From Eledone cirrhosa (Eukaryota): a DNA stretch of 64,000 nucleotides. The stretch is taken from assembly GCA_964016885.1 (NCBI GenBank), contig OZ024740.1:12772001-12836000 (forward strand), in the 5' to 3' direction. Shown piece by piece: positions 25,181 to 39,860 of the stretch; positions within the stretch are counted from its first letter, which is position 1; each line of letters starts with the position of its first letter. The notes below the pieces were generated by a model. That model made no database searches. It worked only from the letters and a program-made list of their open reading frames with translations, and had not been told where the DNA came from. The translations under genes and the position numbers were made by a program.

Positions 25181-28100
25181 GTCTTGTCTCTAGTCTAATG
25201 TCTCTAGTCTAATATCTTGTCTCTAGTCTAATGTCTCTAGTCTAAAATCTTGTCACTAGTCTAATGTCTCTAGTCTAATGTCTTGTCTCTAGTCTAATGT
25301 CTTGTCTCTAGTTTAATGTCTTGTCTCTAGTCTAATGTCTCTAGTCTAATGTCTTGTCTCTAGTCTAATATCTTGTCTCTAGTCTAATGTCTTGTCTCTA
25401 GTCTAATGTCTCTAGTCTAATGTCTTGTTTCTAGTCTAATGTCTCTAGTCTAATGTCTTGTCTCTAGTCTAATATCTTGTCTCTAGTCTAATGTCTCTAG
25501 TCTAATGTCTTGTCTCTAGTCTAATGTCTCTAGTCTAATGTCTTGTCTCTAGTCTAATATCTTGTCTCTAGTCTAATGTCTCTAGTCTAATGTCTTGTCT
25601 CTAGTCTAATATCTTGTCTCTAGTCTAATGTCTCTAGTCTAATGTCTTATCTCTAGTCTAATATCTTGTCTCTAGTCTAATGTCTCTAGTCTAATGTCTC
25701 TCGTCTAATGTCTTGTCTCTAGTCTAATATTTTGTCTCTAGTCTAATGTCTCTAGTCTAATGTCTTGTCTCTAGTCTAATGTCTCTAGTCTAATGTCTTG
25801 TCTCTAGTCTAATGTCTCTAGTCTAATGTCTTGTCTCTAGTCTAATATCTTGTCTCTAGTCTAATGTCTCTAGTCTAATGTCTTGTCTCTAGTCTAATGT
25901 CTTGTCTCTAGTCTAATATCTTGTCTCTAGTCTAATGTCTGTAGTCTAATGTCTTGTCTCTAGTCTAATATCTTGTCTCTAGTCTAATGTCTCTAGTCTA
26001 ATGTCTTGTCTCTAGTCTAATGTCTTGTCTCTAGTCTAATGTCTTGTCTCTAGTCTAACGTCTTGTCTCTAGTCTAATGTCTCTGGTCTAATGTCTCTAG
26101 TGTAATGTTTTGTCTCTAGTCTAATGTCTTGTCTCTAATCTAATGTCTTGTCTCTAGTCTAATGTCTCTAGTCTAATGTCTTGTCTCTAGTCTAATATCT
26201 TGTCTCTAGTCTAATGTCTCTAGTCTAATGTCTTGTTTCTAGTCTAATGTCTCTAGTCTAATGTCTTGTCTCTAGTCTAATATCTTGTCTCTAGTCTAAT
26301 GTCTCTAGTCTAATGTCTTGTCTCTAGTCTAACGTCTTGTCTCTAGTCTAATGTCTCTAGTCTAATATCTTGTCTCTAGTCTAATGTCTTGTCTCTAGTC
26401 TAATGTCTCTAGTCTAATGTCTTGTCTCTAGTCTAACGTCTTGTCTCTAGTCTAATGTCTCTAGTGTAATGTCTTTTCTCTAGTCTAATGTCTTGTCTCT
26501 AGTCTAACGTCTTGTCTCTAGTCTAATGTCTCTAGTCTAATATCTTGTCTCTAGTCTAATATCTTGTCACTAGTCCAATGTCTCTAGTCTAATATATTGT
26601 CTCTAGTCTAACGTCTTGTCTCTAGTCTAATGTCTCTAGTCTAATATCTTTTCTCTAGTCTAATGTCTCTAGTCTAAAATCTTGTCACTAGTCTAATGTC
26701 TCTAGTCTAATGTCTTGTCTCTAGTCTAATGTCTTGTCTCTAGTCTAATGTCTTGTCTCTAGTCTAATGTCTCTAGTCTAATGTCTTGTCTCTAGTCTAA
26801 TATCTTGTCTCTAGTCTAATGTCTTGTCTCTAGTCTAATGTCTCTAGTCTAATGTCTTGTTTCTAGTCTAATGTCTCTAGTCTAATGTCTTGTCTCTAGT
26901 CTAATATCTTGTCTCTAGTCTAATGTCTCTAGTCTAATGTCTTGTCTCTAGTCTAATGTCTCTAGTCTAATGTCTTGTCTCTAGTCTAATATCTTGTCTC
27001 TAGTCTAATGTCTCTAGTCTAATGTCTTGTCTCTAGTCTAATATCTTGTCTCTAGTCTAATGTCTCTAGTCTAATGTCTTATCTCTAGTCTAATATCTTG
27101 TCTCTAGTCTAATGTCTCTAGTCTAATGTCTCTCGTCTAATGTCTTGTCTCTAGTCTAATATTTTGTCTCTAGTCTAATGTCTCTAGTCTAATGTCTTGT
27201 CTCTAGTCTAATGTCTCTAGTCTAATGTCTTGTCTCTAGTCTAATGTCTCTAGTCTAATGTCTTGTCTCTAGTCTAATATCTTGTCTCTAGTCTAATGTC
27301 TCTAGTCTAATGTCTTGTCTCTAGTCTAATGTCTTGTCTCTAGTCTAATATCTTGTCTCTAGTCTAATGTCTGTAGTCTAATGTCTTGTCTCTAGTCTAA
27401 TATCTTGTCTCTAGTCTAATGTCTCTAGTCTAATGTCTTGTCTCTAGTCTAATGTCTTGTCTCTAGTCTAATGTCTTGTCTCTAGTCTAACGTCTTGTCT
27501 CTAGTCTAATGTCTCTGGTCTAATGTCTCTAGTGTAATGTTTTGTCTCTAGTCTAATGTCTTGTCTCTAATCTAATGTCTTGTCTCTAGTCTAATGTCTC
27601 TAGTCTAATGTCTTGTCTCTAGACTAATATCTTGTCTCTAGTCTAATGTCTCTAGTCTAATGTCTTGTTTCTAGTCTAATGTCTCTAGTCTAATGTCTTG
27701 TCTCTAGTCTAATATCTTGTCTCTAGTCTAATGTCTCTAGTCTAATGTCTCTAGTCTAATGTCTTGTTTCTAGTCTAATGTCTCTAGTCTAATGTCTTGT
27801 CTCTAGTCTAATATCTTGTCTCTAGTCTAATGTCTTGTCTCTAGTCTAATGTCTCTAGTCTAATGTCTTGTCTCTAGTCTAACGTCTTGTCTCTAGTCTA
27901 ATGTCTCTAGTGTAATGTCTTGTCTCTAGTCTAATGTCTTGTCTCTAGTCTAACGTGTTGTCTCTAGTCTAATGTCTCTAGTCTAATATCTTGTCTCTAG
28001 TCTAATGTCTCTAGTCTAATATCTTGTCACTAGTCTAATGTCTCTAGTCTAATATCTTGTCTCTAGTCTAACGTCTTGTCTCTAGTCTAATGTCTCTTCT

Positions 28101-31100
28101 AATATCTTGTCTCTAGTCTAATGTCTCTAGTCTACTGTCTTGTCTCTAGTCTAATGTCTTGTCTCTAGTATAATGTCTCTAGTCTAATGTCTTGTCTCTA
28201 GTCTAATATCTTGTCTCTAGTCTAATATCTTGTCTCTAGTCTAATGTCTCTAGTCTAATGTCTTGTTTCTAGTCTAATGTCTCTAGTCTAATGTCTTGTC
28301 TCTAGTCTAATATCTTGTCTCTAGTCTAATGTCTTGTCTCTAGTCTAATGTCTCTAGTCTAATGTCTTGTCTCTAGTCTAATATCTTGTCTCTAGTCTAA
28401 TGTCTTGTCTCTAGTCTAATGTCTTGTTTCTAGTCTAATGTCTCTAGTCTAATGTCTTGTCTCTAGTCTCATATCTTGTCTCTAGTCTAATGTCTCTAGT
28501 CTAATGTCTTGTCTCTAGTCTAATGTCTCTAGTCTAATGTCTTGTCTCTAGTCTAATATCTTGTCTCTAGTCTAATGTCTCTAGTCTAATGTCTTGTCTC
28601 TAGTCTAATATCTTGTCTCTAGTCTAATGTCTCTAGTCTAATGTCTTGTCTCTAGTCTAATGTCTCTAGTCTAATGTCTTGTCTCTAGTCTAATATCTTG
28701 TCTCTAGTCTAATATCTCTAGTCTAATGTCTTGTCTCTAGTCTAATGTCTCTAGTCTAATGTCTTGTCTCTAGTCTAATATCTTGTCTCTAGTCTAATGT
28801 CTTGTCTCTAGTCTAATGTCTCTAGTCTAATGTCTTGTTTCTAGTCTAATGTCTCTAGTCTAATGTCTTGTCTCTAGTCTAATATCTTGTCTCTAGTCTA
28901 ATGTCTCTAGTCTAATGTCTTGTCTCTAGTCTAATGTCTCTAGTGTAATGTCTTGTCTCTAGTCTAATATCTTGTCTCTAGTCTAATGTCTTGTCTCTAG
29001 TCTAATGTCTCTAGTCTTATGTCTTGTCTCTAGTCTAACGTCTTGTCTCTAGTCTAATGTCTCTAGTGTAATGTCTTGTCTCTAGTCTAATGTCTTGTCT
29101 CTAGTCTAACGTCTTGTCTCTAGTCTAATGTCTCTAGTCTAATATCTTGTCTCTAGTCTAATGTCTCTAGTCTAATATCTTGTCACTAGTCCAATGTCTC
29201 TAGTCTAATATATTGTCTCTAGTCTAACGTCTTGTCTCTAGTCTAATGTCTCTAGTCTAATATCTTGTCTCTAGTCTAATGTCTCTAGTCTAAAATCTTG
29301 TCACTAGTCTAATGTCTCTAGTCTAATGTCTTGTCTCTAGTCTAATGTCTTGTCTCTAGTCTAATGTCTTGTCTCTAGTCTAATGTCTCTAGTTTAATGT
29401 CTTGTCTCTAGTCTAATATCTTGTCTCTAGTCTAATGTCTTGTCTCTAGTCTAATGTCTCTAGTCTAATGTCTTGTTTCTAGTCTAATGTCTCTAGTCTA
29501 ATGTCTTGTCTCTAGTCTAATATCTTGTCTCTAGTCTAATGTCTCTAGTCTAATGTCTCTAGTCTAATGTCTTGTCTCTAGTCTAATGTCTCTAGTCTAA
29601 TGTCTTGTCTCTAGTCTAATATCTTGTCTCTAGTCTAATGTCTCTAGTCTAATGTCTTGTCTCTAGTCTAATATCTTGTCTCTAGTCTAATGTCTCTAGT
29701 CTAATGTCTTATCTCTAGTCTAATATCTTGTCTCTAGTCTAATGTCTCTAGTCTAATGTCTCTCGTCTAATGTCTTGTCTCTAGTCTAATATTTTGTCTC
29801 TAGTCTAATGTCTCTAGTCTAATGTCTTGTCTCTAGTCTAATGTCTCTAGTCTAATGTCTTGTCTCTAGTCTAATGTCTCTAGTCTAATGTCTTGTCTCT
29901 AGTCTAATATCTTGTCTCTAGTCTAATGTCTCTAGTCTAATGTCTTGTCTCTAGTCTAATGTCTTGTCTCTAGTCTAATATCTTGTCTCTAGTCTAATGT
30001 CTGTAGTCTAATGTCTTGTCTCTAGTCTAATATCTTGTCTCTAGTCTAATGTCACTAGTCTAATGTCTTGTCTCTAGTCTAATGTCTTGTCTCTAGTCTA
30101 ATGTCTTGTCTCTAGTCTAATATCTTGTCTCTAGTCTAATGTCTCTAGTCTAATGTCTTGTCTCTAGTCTAATGTCTTGTCTCTAGTCTAATATCTTGTC
30201 TCTAGTCTAATGTCTGTAGTCTAATGTCTTGTCTCTAGTCTAATATCTTGTCTCTAGTCTAATGTCTCTAGTCTAATGTCTTGTCTCTAGTCTAATGTCT
30301 TGTCTCTAGTCTAATGTCTTGTCTCTAGTCTAACGTCTTGTCTCTAGTCTAATGTCTCTGGTCTAATGTCTCTAGTGTAATGTTTTGTCTCTAGTCTAAT
30401 GTCTTGTCTCTAATCTAATGTCTTGTCTCTAGTCTAATGTCTCTAGTCTAATATCTTGTCTCTAGTCTAATGTCTCTAGTCTAAAATCTTGTCACTAGTC
30501 TAATGTCTCTAGTCTAATGTCTTGTCTCTAGTCTAATGTCTTGTCTCTAGTTTAATGTCTTGTCTCTAGTCTAATGTCTCTAGTCTAATGTCTTGTCTCT
30601 AGTCTAATATCTTGTCTCTAGTCTAATGTCTTGTCTCTAGTCTAATGTCTCTAGTCTAATGTCTTGTTTCTAGTCTAATGTCTCTAGTCTAATGTCTTGT
30701 CTCTAGTCTAATATCTTGTCTCTAGTCTAATGTCTCTAGTCTAATGTCTTGTCTCTAGTCTAATGTCTCTAGTCTAATGTCTTGTCTCTAGTCTAATATC
30801 TTGTCTCTAGTCTAATGTCTCTAGTCTAATGTCTTGTCTCTAGTCTAATATCTTGTCTCTAGTCTAATGTCTCTAGTCTAATGTCTTATCTCTAGTCTAA
30901 TATCTTGTCTCTAGTCTAATGTCTCTAGTCTAATGTCTCTCGTCTAATGTCTTGTCTCTAGTCTAATATTTTGTCTCTAGTCTAATGTCTCTAGTCTAAT
31001 GTCTTGTCTCTAGTCTAATGTCTCTAGTCTAATGTCTTGTCTCTAGTCTAATGTCTCTAGTCTAATGTCTTGTCTCTAGTCTAATATCTTGTCTCTAGTC

Positions 31101-34100
31101 TAATGTCTCTAGTCTAATGTCTTGTCTCTAGTCTAATGTCTTGTCTCTAGTCTAATATCTTGTCTCTAGTCTAATGTCTGTAGTCTAATGTCTTGTCTCT
31201 AGTCTAATATCTTGTCTCTAGTCTAATGTCTCTAGTCTAATGTCTTGTCTCTAGTCTAATGTCTTGTCTCTAGTCTAATGTCTTGTCTCTAGTCTAACGT
31301 CTTGTCTCTAGTCTAATGTCTCTGGTCTAATGTCTCTAGTGTAATGTTTTGTCTCTAGTCTAATGTCTTGTCTCTAATCTAATGTCTTGTCTCTAGTCTA
31401 ATGTCTCTAGTCTAATGTCTTGTCTCTAGTCTAATATCTTGTCTCTAGTCTAATGTCTCTAGTCTAATGTCTTGTTTCTAGTCTAATGTCTCTAGTCTAA
31501 TGTCTTGTCTCTAGTCTAATATCTTGTCTCTAGTCTAATGTCTCTAGTCTAATGTCTTGTCTCTAGTCTAACGTCTTGTCTCTAGTCTAATGTCTCTAGT
31601 CTAATATCTTGTCTCTAGTCTAATGTCTTGTCTCTAGTCTAATGTCTCTAGTCTAATGTCTTGTCTCTAGTCTAACGTCTTGTCTCTAGTCTAATGTCTC
31701 TAGTGTAATGTCTTTTCTCTAGTCTAATGTCTTGTCTCTAGTCTAACGTCTTGTCTCTAGTCTAATGTCTCTAGTCTAATATCTTGTCTCTAGTCTAATA
31801 TCTTGTCACTAGTCCAATGTCTCTAGTCTAATATATTGTCTCTAGTCTAACGTCTTGTCTCTAGTCTAATGTCTCTAGTCTAATATCTTTTCTCTAGTCT
31901 AATGTCTCTAGTCTAAAATCTTGTCACTAGTCTAATGTCTCTAGTCTAATGTCTTGTCTCTAGTCTAATGTCTTGTCTCTAGTCTAATGTCTTGTCTCTA
32001 GTCTAATGTCTCTAGTCTAATGTCTTGTCTCTAGTCTAATATCTTGTCTCTAGTCTAATGTCTTGTCTCTAGTCTAATGTCTCTAGTCTAATGTCTTGTT
32101 TCTAGTCTAATGTCTCTAGTCTAATGTCTTGTCTCTAGTCTAATATCTTGTCTCTAGTCTAATGTCTCTAGTCTAATGTCTTGTCTCTAGTCTAATGTCT
32201 CTAGTCTAATGTCTTGTCTCTAGTCTAATATCTTGTCTCTAGTCTAATGTCTCTAGTCTAATGTCTTGTCTCTAGTCTAATATCTTGTCTCTAGTCTAAT
32301 GTCTCTAGTCTAATGTCTTATCTCTAGTCTAATATCTTGTCTCTAGTCTAATGTCTCTAGTCTAATGTCTCTCGTCTAATGTCTTGTCTCTAGTCTAATA
32401 TTTTGTCTCTAGTCTAATGTCTCTAGTCTAATGTCTTGTCTCTAGTCTAATGTCTCTAGTCTAATGTCTTGTCTCTAGTCTAATGTCTCTAGTCTAATGT
32501 CTTGTCTCTAGTCTAATATCTTGTCTCTAGTCTAATGTCTCTAGTCTAATGTCTTGTCTCTAGTCTAATGTCTTGTCTCTAGTCTAATATCTTGTCTCTA
32601 GTCTAATGTCTGTAGTCTAATGTCTTGTCTCTAGTCTAATATCTTGTCTCTAGTCTAATGTCTCTAGTCTAATGTCTTGTCTCTAGTCTAATGTCTTGTC
32701 TCTAGTCTAATGTCTTGTCTCTAGTCTAACGTCTTGTCTCTAGTCTAATGTCTCTGGTCTAATGTCTCTAGTGTAATGTTTTGTCTCTAGTCTAATGTCT
32801 TGTCTCTAATCTAATGTCTTGTCTCTAGTCTAATGTCTCTAGTCTAATGTCTTGTCTCTAGACTAATATCTTGTCTCTAGTCTAATGTCTCTAGTCTAAT
32901 GTCTTGTTTCTAGTCTAATGTCTCTAGTCTAATGTCTTGTCTCTAGTCTAATATCTTGTCTCTAGTCTAATGTCTCTAGTCTAATGTCTCTAGTCTAATG
33001 TCTTGTTTCTAGTCTAATGTCTCTAGTCTAATGTCTTGTCTCTAGTCTAATATCTTGTCTCTAGTCTAATGTCTTGTCTCTAGTCTAATGTCTCTAGTCT
33101 AATGTCTTGTCTCTAGTCTAACGTCTTGTCTCTAGTCTAATGTCTCTAGTGTAATGTCTTGTCTCTAGTCTAATGTCTTGTCTCTAGTCTAACGTCTTGT
33201 CTCTAGTCTAATGTCTCTAGTCTAATATCTTGTCTCTAGTCTAATGTCTCTAGTCTAATATCTTGTCACTAGTCTAATGTCTCTAGTCTAATATCTTGTC
33301 TCTAGTCTAACGTCTTGTCTCTAGTCTAATGTCTCTTCTAATATCTTGTCTCTAGTCTAATGTCTCTAGTCTACTGTCTTGTCTCTAGTCTAATGTCTTG
33401 TCTCTAGTATAATGTCTCTAGTCTAATGTCTTGTCTCTAGTCTAATATCTTGTCTCTAGTCTAATATCTTGTCTCTAGTCTAATGTCTCTAGTCTAATGT
33501 CTTGTTTCTAGTCTAATGTCTCTAGTCTAATGTCTTGTCTCTAGTCTAATATCTTGTCTCTAGTCTAATGTCTTGTCTCTAGTCTAATGTCTCTAGTCTA
33601 ATGTCTTGTCTCTAGTCTAATATCTTGTCTCTAGTCTAATGTCTTGTCTCTAGTCTAATGTCTTGTTTCTAGTCTAATGTCTCTAGTCTAATGTCTTGTC
33701 TCTAGTCTCATATCTTGTCTCTAGTCTAATGTCTCTAGTCTAATGTCTTGTCTCTAGTCTAATGTCTCTAGTCTAATGTCTTGTCTCTAGTCTAATATCT
33801 TGTCTCTAGTCTAATGTCTCTAGTCTAATGTCTTGTCTCTAGTCTAATATCTTGTCTCTAGTCTAATGTCTCTAGTCTAATGTCTTGTCTCTAGTCTAAT
33901 GTCTCTAGTCTAATGTCTTGTCTCTAGTCTAATATCTTGTCTCTAGTCTAATATCTCTAGTCTAATGTCTTGTCTCTAGTCTAATGTCTCTAGTCTAATG
34001 TCTTGTCTCTAGTCTAATATCTTGTCTCTAGTCTAATGTCTTGTCTCTAGTCTAATGTCTCTAGTCTAATGTCTTGTTTCTAGTCTAATGTCTCTAGTCT

Positions 34101-37100
34101 AATGTCTTGTCTCTAGTCTAATATCTTGTCTCTAGTCTAATGTCTCTAGTCTAATGTCTTGTCTCTAGTCTAATGTCTCTAGTGTAATGTCTTGTCTCTA
34201 GTCTAATATCTTGTCTCTAGTCTAATGTCTTGTCTCTAGTCTAATGTCTCTAGTCTTATGTCTTGTCTCTAGTCTAACGTCTTGTCTCTAGTCTAATGTC
34301 TCTAGTGTAATGTCTTGTCTCTAGTCTAATGTCTTGTCTCTAGTCTAACGTCTTGTCTCTAGTCTAATGTCTCTAGTCTAATATCTTGTCTCTAGTCTAA
34401 TGTCTCTAGTCTAATATCTTGTCACTAGTCCAATGTCTCTAGTCTAATATATTGTCTCTAGTCTAACGTCTTGTCTCTAGTCTAATGTCTCTAGTCTAAT
34501 ATCTTGTCTCTAGTCTAATGTCTCTAGTCTAAAATCTTGTCACTAGTCTAATGTCTCTAGTCTAATGTCTTGTCTCTAGTCTAATGTCTTGTCTCTAGTC
34601 TAATGTCTTGTCTCTAGTCTAATGTCTCTAGTTTAATGTCTTGTCTCTAGTCTAATATCTTGTCTCTAGTCTAATGTCTTGTCTCTAGTCTAATGTCTCT
34701 AGTCTAATGTCTTGTTTCTAGTCTAATGTCTCTAGTCTAATGTCTTGTCTCTAGTCTAATATCTTGTCTCTAGTCTAATGTCTCTAGTCTAATGTCTCTA
34801 GTCTAATGTCTTGTCTCTAGTCTAATGTCTCTAGTCTAATGTCTTGTCTCTAGTCTAATATCTTGTCTCTAGTCTAATGTCTCTAGTCTAATGTCTTGTC
34901 TCTAGTCTAATATCTTGTCTCTAGTCTAATGTCTCTAGTCTAATGTCTTATCTCTAGTCTAATATCTTGTCTCTAGTCTAATGTCTCTAGTCTAATGTCT
35001 CTCGTCTAATGTCTTGTCTCTAGTCTAATATTTTGTCTCTAGTCTAATGTCTCTAGTCTAATGTCTTGTCTCTAGTCTAATGTCTCTAGTCTAATGTCTT
35101 GTCTCTAGTCTAATGTCTCTAGTCTAATGTCTTGTCTCTAGTCTAATATCTTGTCTCTAGTCTAATGTCTCTAGTCTAATGTCTTGTCTCTAGTCTAATG
35201 TCTTGTCTCTAGTCTAATATCTTGTCTCTAGTCTAATGTCTGTAGTCTAATGTCTTGTCTCTAGTCTAATATCTTGTCTCTAGTCTAATGTCACTAGTCT
35301 AATGTCTTGTCTCTAGTCTAATGTCTTGTCTCTAGTCTAATGTCTTGTCTCTAGTCTAATATCTTGTCTCTAGTCTAATGTCTCTAGTCTAATGTCTTGT
35401 CTCTAGTCTAATGTCTTGTCTCTAGTCTAATATCTTGTCTCTAGTCTAATGTCTGTAGTCTAATGTCTTGTCTCTAGTCTAATATCTTGTCTCTAGTCTA
35501 ATGTCTCTAGTCTAATGTCTTGTCTCTAGTCTAATGTCTTGTCTCTAGTCTAATGTCTTGTCTCTAGTCTAACGTCTTGTCTCTAGTCTAATGTCTCTGG
35601 TCTAATGTCTCTAGTGTAATGTTTTGTCTCTAGTCTAATGTCTTGTCTCTAATCTAATGTCTTGTCTCTAGTCTAATGTCTCTAGTCTAATGTCTTGTCT
35701 CTAGTCTAATATCTTGTCTCTAGTCTAATGTCTCTAGTCTAATGTCTTGTTTCTAGTCTAATGTCTCTAGTCTAATGTCTTGTCTCTAGTCTAATATCTT
35801 GTCTCTAGTCTAATGTCTCTAGTCTAATGTCTTGTCTCTAGTCTAACGTCTTGTCTCTAGTCTAATGTCTCTAGTCTAATATCTTGTCTCTAGTCTAATG
35901 TCTTGTCTCTAGTCTAATGTCTCTAGTCTAATGTCTTGTCTCTAGTCTAACGTCTTGTCTCTAGTCTAATGTCTCTAGTGTAATGTCTTTTCTCTAGTCT
36001 AATGTCTTGTCTCTAGTCTAACGTCTTGTCTCTAGTCTAATGTCTCTAGTCTAATATCTTGTCTCTAGTCTAATATCTTGTCACTAGTCCAATGTCTCTA
36101 GTCTAATATATTGTCTCTAGTCTAACGTCTTGTCTCTAGTCTAATGTCTCTAGTCTAATATCTTTTCTCTAGTCTAATGTCTCTAGTCTAAAATCTTGTC
36201 ACTAGTCTAATGTCTCTAGTCTAATGTCTTGTCTCTAGTCTAATGTCTTGTCTCTAGTCTAATGTCTTGTCTCTAGTCTAATGTCTCTAGTCTAATGTCT
36301 TGTCTCTAGTCTAATATCTTGTCTCTAGTCTAATGTCTTGTCTCTAGTCTAATGTCTCTAGTCTAATGTCTTGTTTCTAGTCTAATGTCTCTAGTCTAAT
36401 GTCTTGTCTCTAGTCTAATATCTTGTCTCTAGTCTAATGTCTCTAGTCTAATGTCTTGTCTCTAGTCTAATGTCTCTAGTCTAATGTCTTGTCTCTAGTC
36501 TAATATCTTGTCTCTAGTCTAATGTCTCTAGTCTAATGTCTTGTCTCTAGTCTAATATCTTGTCTCTAGTCTAATGTCTCTAGTCTAATGTCTTATCTCT
36601 AGTCTAATATCTTGTCTCTAGTCTAATGTCTCTAGTCTAATGTCTCTCGTCTAATGTCTTGTCTCTAGTCTAATATTTTGTCTCTAGTCTAATGTCTCTA
36701 GTCTAATGTCTTGTCTCTAGTCTAATGTCTCTAGTCTAATGTCTTGTCTCTAGTCTAATGTCTCTAGTCTAATGTCTTGTCTCTAGTCTAATATCTTGTC
36801 TCTAGTCTAATGTCTCTAGTCTAATGTCTTGTCTCTAGTCTAATGTCTTGTCTCTAGTCTAATATCTTGTCTCTAGTCTAATGTCTGTAGTCTAATGTCT
36901 TGTCTCTAGTCTAATATCTTGTCTCTAGTCTAATGTCTCTAGTCTAATGTCTTGTCTCTAGTCTAATGTCTTGTCTCTAGTCTAATGTCTTGTCTCTAGT
37001 CTAACGTCTTGTCTCTAGTCTAATGTCTCTGGTCTAATGTCTCTAGTGTAATGTTTTGTCTCTAGTCTAATGTCTTGTCTCTAATCTAATGTCTTGTCTC

Positions 37101-39860
37101 TAGTCTAATGTCTCTAGTCTAATGTCTTGTCTCTAGACTAATATCTTGTCTCTAGTCTAATGTCTCTAGTCTAATGTCTTGTTTCTAGTCTAATGTCTCT
37201 AGTCTAATGTCTTGTCTCTAGTCTAATATCTTGTCTCTAGTCTAATGTCTCTAGTCTAATGTCTCTAGTCTAATGTCTTGTTTCTAGTCTAATGTCTCTA
37301 GTCTAATGTCTTGTCTCTAGTCTAATATCTTGTCTCTAGTCTAATGTCTTGTCTCTAGTCTAATGTCTCTAGTCTAATGTCTTGTCTCTAGTCTAACGTC
37401 TTGTCTCTAGTCTAATGTCTCTAGTGTAATGTCTTGTCTCTAGTCTAATGTCTTGTCTCTAGTCTAACGTCTTGTCTCTAGTCTAATGTCTCTAGTCTAA
37501 TATCTTGTCTCTAGTCTAATGTCTCTAGTCTAATATCTTGTCACTAGTCTAATGTCTCTAGTCTAATATCTTGTCTCTAGTCTAACGTCTTGTCTCTAGT
37601 CTAATGTCTCTTCTAATATCTTGTCTCTAGTCTAATGTCTCTAGTCTACTGTCTTGTCTCTAGTCTAATGTCTTGTCTCTAGTATAATGTCTCTAGTCTA
37701 ATGTCTTGTCTCTAGTCTAATATCTTGTCTCTAGTCTAATATCTTGTCTCTAGTCTAATGTCTCTAGTCTAATGTCTTGTTTCTAGTCTAATGTCTCTAG
37801 TCTAATGTCTTGTCTCTAGTCTAATATCTTGTCTCTAGTCTAATGTCTTGTCTCTAGTCTAATGTCTCTAGTCTAATGTCTTGTCTCTAGTCTAATATCT
37901 TGTCTCTAGTCTAATGTCTTGTCTCTAGTCTAATGTCTTGTTTCTAGTCTAATGTCTCTAGTCTAATGTCTTGTCTCTAGTCTCATATCTTGTCTCTAGT
38001 CTAATGTCTCTAGTCTAATGTCTTGTCTCTAGTCTAATGTCTCTAGTCTAATGTCTTGTCTCTAGTCTAATATCTTGTCTCTAGTCTAATGTCTCTAGTC
38101 TAATGTCTTGTCTCTAGTCTAATATCTTGTCTCTAGTCTAATGTCTCTAGTCTAATGTCTTGTCTCTAGTCTAATGTCTCTAGTCTAATGTCTTGTCTCT
38201 AGTCTAATATCTTGTCTCTAGTCTAATATCTCTAGTCTAATGTCTTGTCTCTAGTCTAATGTCTCTAGTCTAATGTCTTGTCTCTAGTCTAATATCTTGT
38301 CTCTAGTCTAATGTCTTGTCTCTAGTCTAATGTCTCTAGTCTAATGTCTTGTTTCTAGTCTAATGTCTCTAGTCTAATGTCTTGTCTCTAGTCTAATATC
38401 TTGTCTCTAGTCTAATGTCTCTAGTCTAATGTCTTGTCTCTAGTCTAATGTCTCTAGTCTAATGTCTTGTCTCTAGTCTAATATCTTGTCTCTAGTCTAA
38501 TGTCTTGTCTCTAGTCTAATGTCTCTAGTCTTATGTCTTGTCTCTAGTCTAACGTCTTGTCTCTAGTCTAATGTCTCTAGTGTAATGTCTTGTCTCTAGT
38601 CTAATGTCTTGTCTCTAGTCTAACGTCTTGTCTCTAGTCTAATGTCTCTAGTCTAATATCTTGTCTCTAGTCTAATGTCTCTAGTCTAATATCTTGTCAC
38701 TAGTCCAATGTCTCTAGTCTAATATATTGTCTCTAGTCTAACGTCTTGTCTCTAGTCTAATGTCTCTAGTCTAATATCTTGTCTCTAGTCTAATGTCTCT
38801 AGTCTAAAATCTTGTCACTAGTCTAATGTCTCTAGTCTAATGTCTTGTCTCTAGTCTAATGTCTTGTCTCTAGTCTAATGTCTTGTCTCTAGTCTAATGT
38901 CTCTAGTTTAATGTCTTGTCTCTAGTCTAATATCTTGTCTCTAGTCTAATGTCTTGTCTCTAGTCTAATGTCTCTAGTCTAATGTCTTGTTTCTAGTCTA
39001 ATGTCTCTAGTCTAATGTCTTGTCTCTAGTCTAATATCTTGTCTCTAGTCTAATGTCTCTAGTCTAATGTCTTGTCTCTAGTCTAATGTCTCTAGTCTAA
39101 TGTCTTGTCTCTAGTCTAATATCTTGTCTCTAGTCTAATGTCTCTAGTCTAATGTCTTGTCTCTAGTCTAATATCTTGTCTCTAGTCTAATGTCTCTAGT
39201 CTAATGTCTTATCTCTAGTCTAATATCTTGTCTCTAGTCTAATGTCTCTAGTCTAATGTCTCTCGTCTAATGTCTTGTCTCTAGTCTAATATTTTGTCTC
39301 TAGTCTAATGTCTCTAGTCTAATGTCTTGTCTCTAGTCTAATGTCTCTAGTCTAATGTCTTGTCTCTAGTCTAATGTCTCTAGTCTAATGTCTTGTCTCT
39401 AGTCTAATATCTTGTCTCTAGTCTAATGTCTCTAGTCTAATGTCTTGTCTCTAGTCTAATGTCTTGTCTCTAGTCTAATATCTTGTCTCTAGTCTAATGT
39501 CTGTAGTCTAATGTCTTGTCTCTAGTCTAATATCTTGTCTCTAGTCTAATGTCACTAGTCTAATGTCTTGTCTCTAGTCTAATGTCTTGTCTCTAGTCTA
39601 ATGTCTTGTCTCTAGTCTAACGTCTTGTCTCTAGTCTAATGTCTCTGGTCTAATGTCTCTAGTGTAATGTTTTGTCTCTAGTCTAATGTCTTGTCTCTAA
39701 TCTAATGTCTTGTCTCTAGTCTAATGTCTCTAGTCTAATGTCTTGTCTCTAGTCTAATATCTTGTCTCTAGTCTAATGTCTCTAGTCTAATGTCTTGTTT
39801 CTAGTCTAATGTCTCTAGTCTAATGTCTTGTCTCTAGTCTAATATCTTGTCTCTAGTCTA
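25181..39860. repeat. Higher-order repeat block B: 5239-bp tandem duplication (about 25181-30419 / 30420-35690) plus a third truncated copy at offset 4275
   Basis: GTTTAAT at 25311/30550; GTCTTTTC at 26471/31710/35985; GTCTTAT at 29014/34253/38528; 14-mer variant GTCACTA at 30051/35290/39551. Offsets are 5239, then 4275 (4261 after loss of a 14-mer). Confidence 0.92.
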